Source: the human T2T-CHM13v2.0 reference genome, Homo sapiens
Assembly: GCF_009914755.1 (NCBI RefSeq)
Contig: NC_060932.1
Length of the DNA stretch: 64,000 nucleotides
Direction: 5' to 3' (one strand)
The notes under the pieces are model-generated. The model was given only the letters and a program-made list of their open reading frames with translations. It was not told the DNA's origin and searched no databases. The position numbers and the translations under genes were made by a program. Each line of letters opens with the position of its first letter. Within the stretch, counting starts at the first letter, position 1. This document shows, one piece after another, positions 41,768 to 61,694 of the stretch.

Positions 41768-44700
41768 GGCAGCACTCTTTTCAAGCAATGAATACCTGTC
41801 TTATCAAGCAAGATAGGTTGACTGCATAACAATGCCAAAATTTCTGTGGTTAACCCAGTAAAAGTTTATTTCTCACACTATATCCAATGAGGACCAGTGG
41901 GATGCTCTGCTCCACACAGTCATTAGGGAATCCAGGATCCACACATCATGTAGCTCTGTCATCCTCTGTTCATGCTCCTCTGCTTTCAGAGGGTGGAAAG
42001 AGAAAAGTATGGAGGAATGAAGGTTGGAAAGTAAAGCATGCCACTCCCACTGATACTCAAGTAGACAAAATGAGTTACACATCCCAAACTAGCTGCAGGC
42101 AAGACTCAGAAATGTGAATAAATTGTGTGCCCAGGAGGGAAAGAAAGAGAGCCTGGTAAACACACAGTCTTGCATTTGCCACAAATACTTTGAAAATATC
42201 TGAAATATGCTTTTGAACAAATTATTTTAAACAAATGAGTTTCAACAGGCTCAAGTCAGTTCCTAACATTTGTTAATATTTGTGGCATCTCATCTGAAGG
42301 GACAAGGTGGTATATGCTATCCAGACTTCCGGCTAGCCCTGGCACCTTGTTTGTATCTTGAGTCCAGCTGTGAATCTGGGAGAGGCCTGACAGTCTTTTC
42401 TGACCCCATAGTTAAGCAATAGCTGGGAATGAGAATTCCTCATATCTTAGCTGAAGTTTGAGGCAAAATTCTAAACAAATGAAGATGGGTATGAAGAAAT
42501 GTAAAAGACATGAATAAACCAAGGCCAGAAAGAAGTTAGGAAAAGAGATTAGATATTAGATAGAAAGCTTCAGTTCAATTCTAGAATTCTACTTATCTAC
42601 ATCTATTCACCCATCCATCAAAGAATGACTTTCAGATCCTTCTAATAATAGCCCACTTCCAACCTAAATTTTCATTGGTTTTAAGTCTGATTAGAGACAA
42701 AAATGTAAGTTAATAACTATTTTCCAGCTGAGCTGGAATGGTCAACTATTTTCATCATTATGGTTGCTAGATATTTTCCCCTAAGTATCTTATCTTTTGT
42801 TAGTCTACCTTTCATGGGGCCAAATTTCAGATAGGTATCTTGTTATCTTGTCTCATTAAGCCTTATTTCCAAGCCTCCCATGATAAGATGTCTGTCAGAA
42901 TTCCTCATATGACATGGTATCTGTACCCTTCTTCCTGTCACTCTCCTAGGAATATGCTTTAATTTTCAAACTTCCTACTAAAATTTAGAATCTGGAAATA
43001 AATTCAGGTCCCTGTATGTGGCTGGACTATGGCAGAATATTATAGGAGTGTTGTTTTTCTTTGTATACAGCACCACTTTTCATTGTTTTGACCCCACCCT
43101 CAGTATACAATTTCTAAAAAAATTTGTTGCTTGGGACTCAAAATCACAGTGGTCATCAAAAACTTGGAGATTTAAAGCCTTCCCTCAGTGCTGGTATCAT
43201 AATGGACACTAGGAAAACATCATTCCTATGCTTTGCCTGTCCAAAGTGAAGGCTACAAAATTTGTAGTACATACCACAAAGAATGTCTGGTTCTCCTTTT
43301 ATCTTAACTCAATATTGCTCAATTTGCACTTTCTCAGCATCTTGTCCTACAAATGCATTAGTTAACATGCAATATTGTTTTCTACTATTACAGCTGATTC
43401 TTTTGAAAAGGAAAATTTCTATTGTTCTATTTCAAGAATGAGATATCCCCTCAAATCTCTCATTAATAACTATTTGTTTATATTTTCTTGGGATGTTAAA
43501 AGTTTCAGTGTTTTACTTATCTATATATCTATATATTATCTATCTATATCTTGCACATTGCTTTCTCTGTTTTTCTAGAAATTAGTTTTGATTTATTACT
43601 ATTTCCTTAGAATGATTGGGCTTATTTTTCTAGCATATCTTTAGTCTTCCATGCTGCTGTTTTGTGTTTTTTCATAGACATTTTTTAACCACTATAGAAA
43701 TATGTGAAGTTTGAAATCCTCTTGATTAAAACCAGTGATTAAAATACTAAACCTGACATTTTCAAGTTGTACTACATCCTTCCCTTGACTGGAAAAAGTA
43801 ATGAAAACCTTTTCTGTACTTGAGTGGCAATTTCTTTAGTTGAGGGTTTCAACATTACAGAAATGACACTTTGTCTTTATATATGTATCATCCAGTCAGT
43901 GATCACTAAGACCTGGCAGTGGGTTTGATGGATTTCAACAGACTACCCAGGGAGTCAGAAACACTTCTTGTTACACTTCACATCACCACCACGGTATCCA
44001 GATAGTCGCCTGTTGCTGGAACTGATAAAAGCATTCTTCTAGCTTCACTGTAAATATACTTTAGCTTTGTGAAATATGAAACACATTTTTTTTTTTGCAA
44101 AGTCCAAAGCCACTTTCTATGAAAAGAACCTTGGCTTCTTTTTAAAAATATATATATTTCTGGAGATACAATTTACATACCATTAAAATATCCATGTAAG
44201 CATATAATTCAGTGGTTTTTAGTATATTCACAGAGTTATACAACCATCAGCACACTCTGATTTTAGAAAATTTTCATAAGCCTGAAAAGTCACCCAGGAA
44301 GAAAGGAATTATAGTCTGGAAAACGTTGTTATGGATACATTACTCTCTGCTCCTTCCTGATAAATATAACAATAAATCTGGAAAACAGAACAAGGGGCAA
44401 CCAAGGGAAAACTTTGAAAAGTGGTAAGAGAATGACAAACTATTTAGAAACCCTAGGACTGGAAGAACAACACAGCAGTATGGTGAACTATTCCTTCTAC
44501 CTTCACTCAGCTGCAGAATGTGACCGAGACCAGGCAATTTCCACAAAAGGCAGCCCAGGGAAGCTTATTCCTCTCCCTAGATAGAATGCTTATACCTCCA
44601 ACAATACCATGTGAGCCCAGCACCACTGGTAAGTAGAATCAACTGCCCTGCAAATAGTAAGAGGCCAAGGGAAGTGCCCTCCTTTCACACCTGACCTGAG

Positions 44701-46106
44701 ACTACTCCCCTGCTGAGAGAAACTGAGATGTCCTTGTGGCACCAACAAAAGAGACCCTGCCACAACAAGCAGCCTGACTTTGTACTTGTGAACCTGAGAT
44801 TCCTCTTCCCTACCCAGAGACACCTGGGATGGCAGGGCCCTATCATGCTACTACAACAAGCCCCTGTCCTGGGAGGCATCTTCATCACCACAGTCCCAGT
44901 AGTCCTCCTTCAACACCCACATTGCCTCCCCATTCTACAACGAAGCACATCTAGCAGCCTGACCTAGGGAAACACTTTCCATCCTCTCAGAGAGCATTAG
45001 CAGGCACAAATAGGAACAATGGCAACAGATAAAGCAGACCAAAATAACATTGCAATGGCTCTGAAAATTAAACTGTTATTGGAACTACAGTCCATGAAGT
45101 AGGCCAGGATCTGCTTGCTAAACCTAAATGTGCTGATTTCTTGCTAAAATAGAACATTTCAGTAGAACCTAGAGTTTACTAGAGTAAGAGACAAAATATC
45201 CAGAATGCAATTGACAACCAAACATGATAATCAAGAATCAAGGAAATCACAACTTGAGAGCAGAGAAATGAATGCCAGCACTTAAGTAAATCACACGTTG
45301 AAATTATCTGGCAAGGATTCTAAAACAATCATAATAAAAATGTTTCAACAATCAATTATAAATTCTCTTGAAACAAATGAAAAAATAGAAAATTGTAGCA
45401 AAGAAAGAGAAGGTATAAAAAAGAAACAAGGTAAATACAGAACTAAAAAATACAACAGAAAATTTAAAACTTACTAGATGGACTTAATAGTAGAATAGCG
45501 ATAACAAAACATAGAATAAGTGAACTTAAAGTTAGAATGATAAAATTTACCCAGTCTGAACAACAGAGAGAAAATATACTACACCAAAACAATAAAATAG
45601 AAAATAGAACATCAGGAACCTATTAACACAATAACCAAAGATCCAACATTTGTATCATTGGAACCCTAGAAGGAAAGGCAAGGGAGGGAGCTAGACTGAA
45701 AGAAACTTTGAATAAATGATGCCTAAAAGTTTTCCAAATTGGTGAAAGACATGAATCCACAGATTCAAGAAGTTGAGTGAACCATAAATAATATAAATCC
45801 AAATAAATTATACCAATATATACCATAATTAAACTTCTGAAAACTTAAAACAAAGATAAATCTTGAAAGCAGGCACAGAGAAATGACACATTACTTACAT
45901 AGGAATACCAATTTGAATGAATTTATTTTTGATATCATGGTGGTCAGAGGAAGTGGCACAACATTTTTCCTGTGTTGAAAGAAAGAACTGTCAACTGCAA
46001 AGTCTAAACTCAGTGAAATTATTCTTCAGGAATAAAAAGGAATTGAAGACATTCCCAGAGAAAGTAAAGTTAAAAGAATTTGTTACTAGCAAACATTCTC
46101 TTAAAA

Positions 46107-46411
46107 AGCTGAGCGTGGTAGCTCATGCGTGTAATCCCAGCATTTTGGGAGGCTGAGGCAGGCAGATCAGTGAGGTCAGGAGTTTGAGAGCAGTCTAGGC
46201 AACACGGTGAAACTCTGTCTCTAAAAAAAATTTAAAATTAGCTGGGTGTGGTGGTGCACACCTGTAGTCCCAGCTACTCAGGAGGATAAAGTTGGGGGAT
46301 CACTTGAGCCTGGGAATTTGAGACTACAGTGAGCTGTGATCATGCCACTGCACTCCAGGCTAGGCAACAGAGTGAGACCCTGTCTCAAAAAAAAAAAAAA
46401 AAAAAAAAAAA
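46107..46411 (+). mobile_element. AluJ
   Basis: Dimeric Alu with GATCACTTGAGCCTGGGAATTTGAGACTACAGTGAGC and long poly(A). Confidence 0.92.
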
Positions 46412-46696
46412 AGATTGGCAAATGAAAGTTACTCAAACAAAAAGGAAATCATAAAAGAAACAAACTTGGAGCATCAGAAAGGAAGAAAAACAACAGACAG
46501 CAGACATATGGGTATATTTTCCTAATGAACTTTCTAAACCATGTTTGAGGATAGAAGCAAAAATTATAGCAACTTCTAATACTCAAAACAATGATATTTA
46601 AAGTAGAAATGGTAAATAAACCTAAATGTACATAAAATTTCCACATTTCACTTGAAGTAATAAAATGTTGATACCAGTAGATTGTAAGTCAGTCAC

Positions 46697-47087
46697 TGTT
46701 ACAGGCTGAATTGTGCTTCCCCAAAATTTATGTGTTGAAGTCCTAACCCCCAATAATTCAAAATGTGGCTGTGTTGGGAGATAGGGCTCTTAAAGAGGGA
46801 ATTAGAGGAAAATGAGGTCATATGTATGGGCTGTAATCCAATATGACCAGTGTCTTTATAAGAAGACGAGATTAAGACAGAGATGTGTGTGCACATGGAG
46901 AAAAGACCAGGTGAGACACAGCAAGAAGGCAACCAGCTGCAAGTCAAAGAGGCCTCAGAAGAAAACAAACCTGTTGACACCTTGATCATAGACTTCCAGC
47001 CTCCAGAACTGTGAGAAAATAAATTTCGGTTGTTTAAGTTACCCAGTCTGTAATATGTTGTTATGGAAGCCCTAGCTTGCTAATCCA
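46697..47087 (+). mobile_element. MLT1B solo LTR
   Basis: TGTTACAGGCTGAATTGTG...GCCCTAGCTTGCTAATCCA; TSD GTCAC/GCCAC. Confidence 0.88.
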
Positions 47088-48290
47088 GCCACATATGCAT
47101 TTAAAAAAATATTCAGAGCAACCACTAAGAAAACTATAGAAGGAGATACACTCAAAGCCACTATAAAGAAATAAAAATTCTTTTTTCAAAAAGTTCAATT
47201 AATATTCAGGTAGACAAGAAAAAAGAAATACAGGAATAAGACTTAGAGGAAATAAACAGAAAATAAGTAATAAAATGGCAAATGTGGGCACTAAGTATCA
47301 GTAATTGCTGTAAGGTAAATGGTATAATTTACCATCAAAAGGCAGATATATGTAGAGTGGACATAATGAAAAAGCCAACAATATGGTGTTTATAAAAAAC
47401 TAACTTCAAATTCAACAACATAGATAGATAGGATGGAAAAATATATTTAATGCAACCATTATTTTGAAAAGGGACATGCAGCCATATTGATATCAGATAA
47501 ATTAAATTTCACAGCAAAGGAAATTACTAAATAAAAGTGGGACACCATGTAACGATAAAAGAAAGAGTCTACCAAGAAGACATAATGGTTTAAGTGTTTA
47601 TGTACCAAGAAACAGTATGTCAGCATGTATGAAGCAAAAGCTGATAGAGCTGAAAGGAGAAATAGACAAATCAACAGTCTTAAATAAGGACTTCAACATT
47701 TCTTTTTCAGCAACAGATAGAACTATCAGAAAGAAAATCCACAAGAATATAGAAAATCTAATGCATGCAGCCAACCAACAGGATCTATTTGATATACAAA
47801 GCACACTTTACCCACCAATAGCAGAATCACACATTTTAATATGCCCATGGAATATTTACTAACATAGATTATATCCAGGACCATAAAGCAAACCTCGATG
47901 AATTTAAAAGAATTGAAATTATAGAGTACACTCTTTGATCATAATATAATTAAGCTAGAAAGACAATAGGAAAATCTCTCAACACGTGGAACTTAACAAC
48001 ATATTCTGAACAATTGATGGATCAAAGAAAAAGTCTCAAAGAAAATTAAAAACCAATAGAAGTGAATGAAAATGAAATGCAATATATCAAAACGTGGCAT
48101 ATAGCTAAAGCTGTGCTTAGGGTGGGTGGGATTTAAGGCACTAAAACTTGCACTGGAAATGAGGAAAGGTCTCAAATCATTAATCTAGGCTCTTACCTAT
48201 GAAAATAGAAAAGATAGAATAAAATGAACCGAAAGCAATTTGGAAGTAAATAATAAGGATTAAAAAAAAACAACCAGAAATCAATAATTA

Positions 48291-49387
48291 GCACCCTCTG
48301 AAACCATGGCCCGAGCTGTGCCTTGGCCGCTTTTAGCCATTGGTAGAGCAGCTGGGATGCAGGGCACCAAGTCCCTAGTCTGCACACAGCAGGGGGTGCC
48401 CTGGGCCCAGACCAGGAAACAATTTTGTTCTCCTAGACTCTGGGCCTGTGATGAGAGGGACTGCCACAAACGTCTCTGGTATGCCCTGGAGACATTTTCC
48501 CTATTGTTTTGGCAATTAATATTTGGCTCCTTATTACTTATGCAAACTTCTGCAACCAGTATGAGTTTCTCCTCAGAAAATGGGTTTTTCTTTTCTATCG
48601 CATTGCAAGGCTGCACATTTTTCAAACTTTTATGCTGTTTCCCTTTTAAAACTGAGTACTTTTAACAGCACCCAAGTCACCTCTTGAATATTTTGCTGCT
48701 TAGAAATTTCTTCTGCCAGATACCCTAAATCATCTCCCTCAAGTTCAAAGTTCCACAAATCTCTAGGGTGGAGCAAAATGCCACTAGTCTCTTTGCTAAA
48801 ACATAGCAAGAGTCACCTTTACCCCAGCTCCCAACAAGTTCCTCATCTCCATCTAAGACCACGTCAGCCTAGATTTCATTGTCCATATTATTATCAGCAT
48901 TATTGGTCAAAGCCATTCAACAAGTCTCTAGGAAGTTCCAAACTTTCCCACATTTTCCTGTCTTGTTCTGAGCCCTTCAAACTGTTTCAACCTCTGCCTT
49001 TTACCCAGTTCCAAAGTTGCACCCACATTTTTGGGTATCTTCACAGCAGCACCCCACTCTACTGGTACCAATTTACTGCATTAGTCTATTTTTATACTGA
49101 TGAAAAAGACATACCTGAGACTGGGTAATTTATAAAGAAAAAGAGGTTTAATGGACTCACCATTCCACATGGCTGGGGAGGCCTCACAATCATGGTGGAA
49201 GGTGAAAAGCACGGTCTTACATGGTGGCACGCACCAGATTATAAAGAAAAAGAGGTTTAATGGACTCACCATTCCACATGGCTGGGGAGGCCTCACAATC
49301 ATGGTGGAAGGTGAAAGGCACGGTCTTACATGGTGGCACGCACCAGAGAATGAACCAAGCAAAAGGAGAAATGCCTTATAAAATCAT

Positions 49388-49390
<3 letters not shown>
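48291..49390 (-). mobile_element. THE1 fragment (partial internal region plus partial 5' LTR)
   Basis: Reverse complement aligns by eye to the THE1 at 13.6-14.55 kb; LTR from ~49077; truncated at both ends. Confidence 0.9.
49130..49347. repeat. 109-bp tandem duplication inside THE1 LTR
   Basis: 49130-49238 and 49239-49347 are identical except one base (GAAAAGC vs GAAAGGC). Confidence 0.95.
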
Positions 49391-55162
<5,772 letters not shown>

Positions 55163-55164
55163 AC

Positions 55165-55865
55165 CTCATAGTTAATATAATAATTGTGAGTAATATTTTT
55201 CTCATAACATCAGGATGAGAAGATGTCTGCTTCCATCACTAGTATTCAACATTTTAATGAAGTTTCTAGCCAGGACAATTACAAAAAAAAAAAGAAACAA
55301 AGGACATCAAGTTTAGAAGTGATGTAGTAAAAATTATGTCTATCTGAAGATGGTATGATTTTGTGTATAGAAAATCCTAAAGAATTCACTAAAATCTACT
55401 AGAGCTAATAAATGAATTCAGAAATGTTGCAGGACATACCAATCAACCTACAAAATTCAATTGTTTTTCTATACCTTAGCAGTTAATAATCCAAAAATGA
55501 AACTGAGAAAATAATTATATTCGCAATAGCATCTAAAATAATAAAACACTTTGCATGAATTTAGTGATATAAGTACAACATTTGTACACTGAATACCACA
55601 AAAATTCATGGAAAGAAATCAAAGCAAATCTAAATAAATGGAAATCCATAAATGGGTCCATGATATGGATCATATCACTTATTACTGTAAAGATGGCAAT
55701 ACTCTTCAAATTGATCTGCAGATTTGACAAAAACCTTATCAAAATATCAGCTGGTATTTTTGCAAAAATGGACAGGCTGATCCTAAAGTTCATATGGAAA
55801 TGCAAACCATCTTGAAAGAGATGCCAAACCATTTTGAAAAAGAAACTCAAAGTGGGAGAACTCAA
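55165..55865 (+). mobile_element. Old L1M ORF2 (RT region) fragment
   Basis: Decayed LFNI..EVLART, ENPKEFTK.LELINEF, RLILKFIWKCK. Confidence 0.8.
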
Positions 55866-58800
55866 AATTATTATTATTAATTGTTGCATAACATTCTGTT
55901 ACTTCAATGCACAATGTATTTCAAAACAAATTTTGAATTGTTGAATATTTAGGAGGTCTTCACTTTTTTGCATAGTGCAATAATATTTTTATACATTTTT
56001 ATGCAGATCTTTGATACCTTAGAATAAGTTTTGGGGAGCTGAATTACCAGGGGAAAATGTATGAATTACTTGCAGGTTTTGAGACATAAGTCCAAAAGGC
56101 TTTTAGTAAAGTTCTGAAAATATAATAGCCTTACCAGCATGCTTGAAAATTTCCTGAATTTAAGAACACGTTAGATATTATAATGCTGTAATATTTCCTA
56201 AAATGTAGTTGATTGTTACCTATTGTTTTTAACTTGCTGTTTTTGTTAATGAGTTGAAAGTACCATTTTCCATTATTTGCTGACCTTTTGTATTTCTTTT
56301 TTAAATGTTTGGTCCTATTATTTACCCATTCTGTTTGAGAATTTACCATTGTTAACAAAATATTGTCATTAAATTATTATAATTTATACCATAAAATTTC
56401 TCTTTTGTGAATTTTTAAATACAACCAGTTTAGGGAGTAATAGATTTTATTTCATGGAGTTGAAATGATAAAGTAGATAAAACATTTAAAGTGTTTAGTT
56501 CAGTGCTCGGCACATAGAAAGTCCTTAATTAATGTTAATTATTCTTATTCTCATTATTGATAGTAATATTAACAATCATCCTCAAATGAGAAGAAATTTC
56601 TCCAAATTGTGCCATTTTTTTAGGTGAGGAGTGTGCGTTGCTAGTGACCTCGCTCTGTGACTAACTGGATGCTTGGACCCTTATATACTTGATTGGAAGT
56701 CTCGTTGTGATAGCTCCCACTAAACACTCTAGAGACTGGGAGTCCTGTATCTCATACAACTTTGATAACCAAGTTGGGACTTTCTCCTATGGAAGTGATA
56801 GAATATATTGAAAAACAAAACAAAACAAAAAAACAAAAACTCTCCACAGCATACAGCAAACCTTGGGAAGCACAGGGCTCTTTTTTATGCTTCAGTTGTT
56901 TTAATAGAATCTATAGCCCTGGGAGTGTACAGTTCCTCTTCCATTCCTCTTTCTCCTCCATCCTTACACCTCCATCCCTCACTCCCATAATATTCTGCCC
57001 TTTCTTCCCTCTCTCTGTTTAGCTATACAAAGATGAGTGTTGTGGGGACACTTCTCTGGCAAACCTAAAATGTAGCACCTAACCAGTAAAGAAATGTCAA
57101 CCTAGGTTTTCAGGGTGAGTAGTTTCTAGGTCTCTAAACTGAACAAGACAACAAAGAATGTTTATGTTGTTTCCTACTTTCTCTAAGATAATTGTTCCTC
57201 TTTTCACTGTGTTTTAATTTATTTTTGAATGGGAAGGCAGTTGTGAGAGGCTGCATCAGAACTTGCTAACAAGATAAGTATTTTTAGAGACTCATGCCAA
57301 TGGTTGATTTTTGTAATTCTCAGAATACTGAGATACTACTAGAGTGCTTTGCATAAAGTAGGGCTCAATAAATATTCATTGAATGAGTCCATGAATGAAT
57401 CTCCTTCTTTCCTTTAGTCTCTGTCTTGTCCTTCATCTAAAATGGTTGTCACACATTTAGATTCTTTCATTTCTAGGGAAAGTTCTCCCTCTGGAATTTT
57501 TATTAAAATTATGTCTTGGGACGTCTAATCTCTAATGTGCAGGGGTACAGGAAGGCATTGCTGAAGTCTTTTCACATTCCACTCTGGAGAGGGTAACAGA
57601 CTGCTTTTGTAACATGCAAAATTGATGACTCTCTAGGACATGAAGATAAATACAGTTTATATACTTCAGGTCACTGTTACTCATTGCTGTTTCCATGCCT
57701 CATATGTTAGATTTGATTCCTTGCCCCCTTGGTGACCCAGCCATCTCGGGATGAATTGATTCTCTCTCTTTGTGACAACACTCTGCTTTTATAAACCACA
57801 AGCACGGCTCTTATCTTCCACTGAGACTATTTTATATCCCTGATCCCTCAGCTGAAGGTGATCCAGGACAGAGATTTTGTCCAACTCATTTTTCTATGGA
57901 ATCTACTATGAAGTTAGTGCGTGATAAATGTTTTTAAACAAATATTAATAGCTAATGAATAAACTGCTGGAAGAAACTGAAAACTGTTTTTCATGTCTCT
58001 TTGTTGCTGGGCTTTTGTTGGCTAGACCCCTGGGTAATGCTGTGTTTATCCAGCCTGACTTCTCCACAGTTGTGATTACATTCTAACATAGGTATCAAGG
58101 TTAGCCTGTAGTAGAGAGTTGGCAAGGTTTGCTTCAAGACTCATATGGTGGGGAAGAAAATTAGGCCTTGGAGAATTAGCTGAAGTCCCTCAGAGGATAA
58201 GACAATAATCTCCCTACCAAGTTCAAACGGTCAAAAAATCTGAGAAAAACAAGCAAAGTACTAGAGGCTTCGGGAAGCTGTTGCAGAGTAAGGACTAGTG
58301 TCCACGTTGATACACAAGGAAAAGATGACACAAATAAGCAGGAATCAAGTCAATCTCCAGCTTAAAACCCACCAACTTCTCCAATACTATGGTATGGGGC
58401 CAAAAAAGTAGTAAGCCTACTTTTCAAGATGGCACCTGTCCACCTTTTCTGCAACATTTTCAAAACTCTGCCTTTCAAGCAGATGCACCAGCAGTGTCCA
58501 AGAAGTTTAGAACACTTCACATGCTATATTGATTTTAAAAAACCTGTTGGGGAAAAATAACTGTAGACTCATGGGAAGTTGCAAAAATAATACAGAGAGG
58601 TCCTGTGTACCCATTACCCAGTTTCCCCCAGTAATGACATCCTATATAACTATAATGCATCATTGAAACCAGAATGTTAACTCTGCTGTTTGTTACCTCA
58701 GTAGCCTTGCTCAAGCTGATCCTTCTGTTTGCAATAATGCTCATTACCTAGCCTCAGTCAGACATCACCTCCTTTAGTAATTCTTTGTTAGCCTTAAATT

Positions 58801-59194
58801 CTATTCACATGGCACCCTGTGTATATTTGTATCACAACATATCTTATAATAATAATCTGTTTTCTCCTGCACGGACTGTGAGCTCCTTAATGGCAAAATC
58901 TAAGTTTGCTTCATCTATATATCCTTACTCAGTGATAATTTATAATGTTGGCACATTATAGATAATGCATACTTGTTGAAGAAATGAACTAATGAAATGT
59001 TTCAAGGTAACATATCGATGTTATAATATCGATGGAAAGAAAGGGATTATTTAAGAAGTAGTCTGCAATACTTGGTGATTGATTATATGAGACAAGGGTT
59101 GAGTGATGAGAGATAGAGAGAGGACACTGGGATCCTGTAATTTAGTAGGTTTAGTGGATAGGGTTGCTTGGTGCCCCAGAATCTACTCCAACTG

Positions 59195-59567
59195 TTTTTT
59201 TTTTCCTGGCACTAGAATTGACTTTTAATTTGTCCTAAAGCTGCTGAAGCAAAAACCATGATAAAACATCCTGCTTTCTTTTCTTTTACAACCCCCCGAA
59301 TGCAAAAAAAAACAAAAACAAAAACAAAAAAAAACAATGAAAACCCAAACAATTTGTAGGAAAAAATGATTTGGTCCATGGGATGAAACAGTATAAATTC
59401 AAAACTTACAGATAAGAGTTACCTCTATCACTCAACTCTTTAAAAATCTTATATGAATATCCAGTCAAAACCAACAAGGTATTGCCCTTGAAATGTTATC
59501 TATACAGATTTCCAAGGAGAACCCAGGACTGTATACTGTCTTGGAATGTCCTCAGAAGGCTCTGTCA
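59195..59567 (-). pseudogene. NCL: 5'-truncated processed retrocopy of nucleolin 3'UTR (symbol is the parent gene)
   Basis: Minus strand TGACAGAGCCTTCTGAGGACATTCCAAGACAGTATACAGTCC...GGACAAATTAAAAGTCAATTCTAGTGCCAGG then A10; matches my recollection of the NCL mRNA 3' end; ATTAAA signal at 59224-59229. Confidence 0.85.
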
Positions 59568-60225
59568 GGCCTACACTCTTGATTCCAGTGGTGGAGCATT
59601 TGACAAAGGTCTAGACAATCAAAATGCTTTCCAAGGAATGTTGACCATTTTAGAGTTTGTCACCTGACCTAAGCTACTTCATGTTCCTTTTAGGGGGCCT
59701 ACCCCTGCAAAAAAGGCTTTTGATCTTTTCTTCTGCACTTGCAGTGGGGAGGTTATGAATCAGAGGCTGCTGTAGCTCTTCTGATCCCCCACGGATGAAT
59801 CTGGCTGTGTTGGAAGTCATCAAGTGAGAGAATTGAGAGAAAGCAAGTCTGGATGATACTTTATGGAACCCAAATTGAGCCATGCCTGACGAAAACTCTT
59901 TACCTTGGATCAAAGGAGATGACACTTTGAGTGAATGAATTACCTCTTTCACTAGAGCTATTTTGAATTGGTAATTTTTTAAAGAAAGGGTCCTAACTGA
60001 CATCTAAAAATTCTGTTCGAGAGTATCAGAACTTTCTGGATTTTTCTTTCCTCATTCAGAATGTTTTCTAGTAGATTTATAGTTAAAAGGTCCAACCAGC
60101 GTAAAAGCTTCTCTTTTTAAAAAATAAAACTTGGCAAAGATACTCATTTCAAATGGTGCCTCAGGTCACTCAACTTTTTAGGAGGTCTCATTTCACAGCA
60201 GTTACAAATATCCATGCATTTGAAA
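59568..60225 (-). pseudogene. Candidate large decayed coding exon (contains 109-aa ORF 59674-60003)
   Basis: Non-repeat; acceptor GCCTGCAG| at 60226; one frame runs ~185 codons with 5 stops. Confidence 0.35.
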
Positions 60226-60237
60226 CTGCAGGCAAAC

Positions 60238-60563
<326 letters not shown>

Positions 60564-60744
60564 TAATCGTGACTTTTCCAAGTACTATCTGCATGACTTG
60601 TACATGTTTTTCACTTCTTGAAGCCTCAATTCTAGCATCTGGTGAATGGGAATAAAAATATCTACCTAACTGCTGTGAAAATTAAATGAGATAATGTTTG
60701 TAAAACATTGTATCCAGCATTTAGCAAGTGCTAGTTATTTGATG

Positions 60745-60875
60745 GAGAAGAAAAGAACAAAAACAAGAACAAGAAGCAGAAGAAAAAGAATAATAATAAG
60801 AAGAGGAATAGGGAGAAAAATTAGGAGAAAAGAAAGAGGAGGAGAAAAAGGAAATTAAGGAAAGGAAAAGAAATA
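60745..60875. repeat. Purine-rich (A/G) low-complexity tract
   Basis: AAGAAGAGGAATAGGGAGAAAAA-type composition. Confidence 0.8.
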
Positions 60876-61114
60876 AGGCTTTATACACTCTATCAAGTAG
60901 ATCAAAATCTTGATCATGAATGAAGAATCTACAACACTGAGCATGAATCTCACTGCCCTGCCAATAGTCTGTCTTCCACTTCTACAACATCTCAGGATAC
61001 TGTTGGTCTCACTGGTAGCGATAGGTAAATTATTCTCCTGCTTTCACAATAGGAATCTCAATGCTGAATAAGTTTACTGAAAAGTTTTAAGTCTCTTTCT
61101 GTTTTATTGAAACT

Positions 61115-61418
61115 TTTACTTTTTTTTTTTTTGATACAGGGTTTTATTTTGTCAGTCAAGCTGGAATGCAGTGGCGTGAACATTGCTTACTGCAGCTTCA
61201 ATCTCCTGAGGTCAAACAATCTTCTCACCTCAGCCTCGCAAGCAGCTAGGACTACAGGCATGTGCCACCACGCCCCACTAATTTTTTAATTTTTCTTTTG
61301 TGGAGACGCAGTCTTGTTATCTTGAACAGGCTGGTCTTGAACTCTTGGAGTCAAGCAATCCTTCTGCCTCAGACTCTCAAAGTGCTGGGATTACAGGCAT
61401 GAGCCACCACATTCAGCC
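61115..61418 (-). mobile_element. AluJ
   Basis: Diverged reverse dimeric Alu. Confidence 0.9.
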
Positions 61419-61694
61419 AGGAAAAGTTTTTGTACATTTAAAAAATTATAGGATATTTGTGTATATAGCTTTGCTGGTTTGACTTCCTAGAATAGCTCCC
61501 AGGAACACAAAGTACTTAATTGATTAGTATAAAATGATTATGTCATACTCACATGTTGGTTTTCTAAATGCACTTAATTTTTCTGATTAAGAACTGAAAA
61601 CTATGCTGACCAGGGACACTGTAGACCTGTGGCTCATTTTTGCATAAAGGTTATGTGTTTATTGTCTGATTTGGTCATGCCTATAGGCCAATAG

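Larger units (their letters stand above)
44300..48290 (+). mobile_element. Old L1M (5' region, ORF1 and ORF2 start), degraded
   Basis: A-rich; decayed ORF1 (CCCAGTCTGAACAACAGAGAG) and endonuclease (KQKLIELKGEIDKSTVLNKDFN). Confidence 0.8.
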
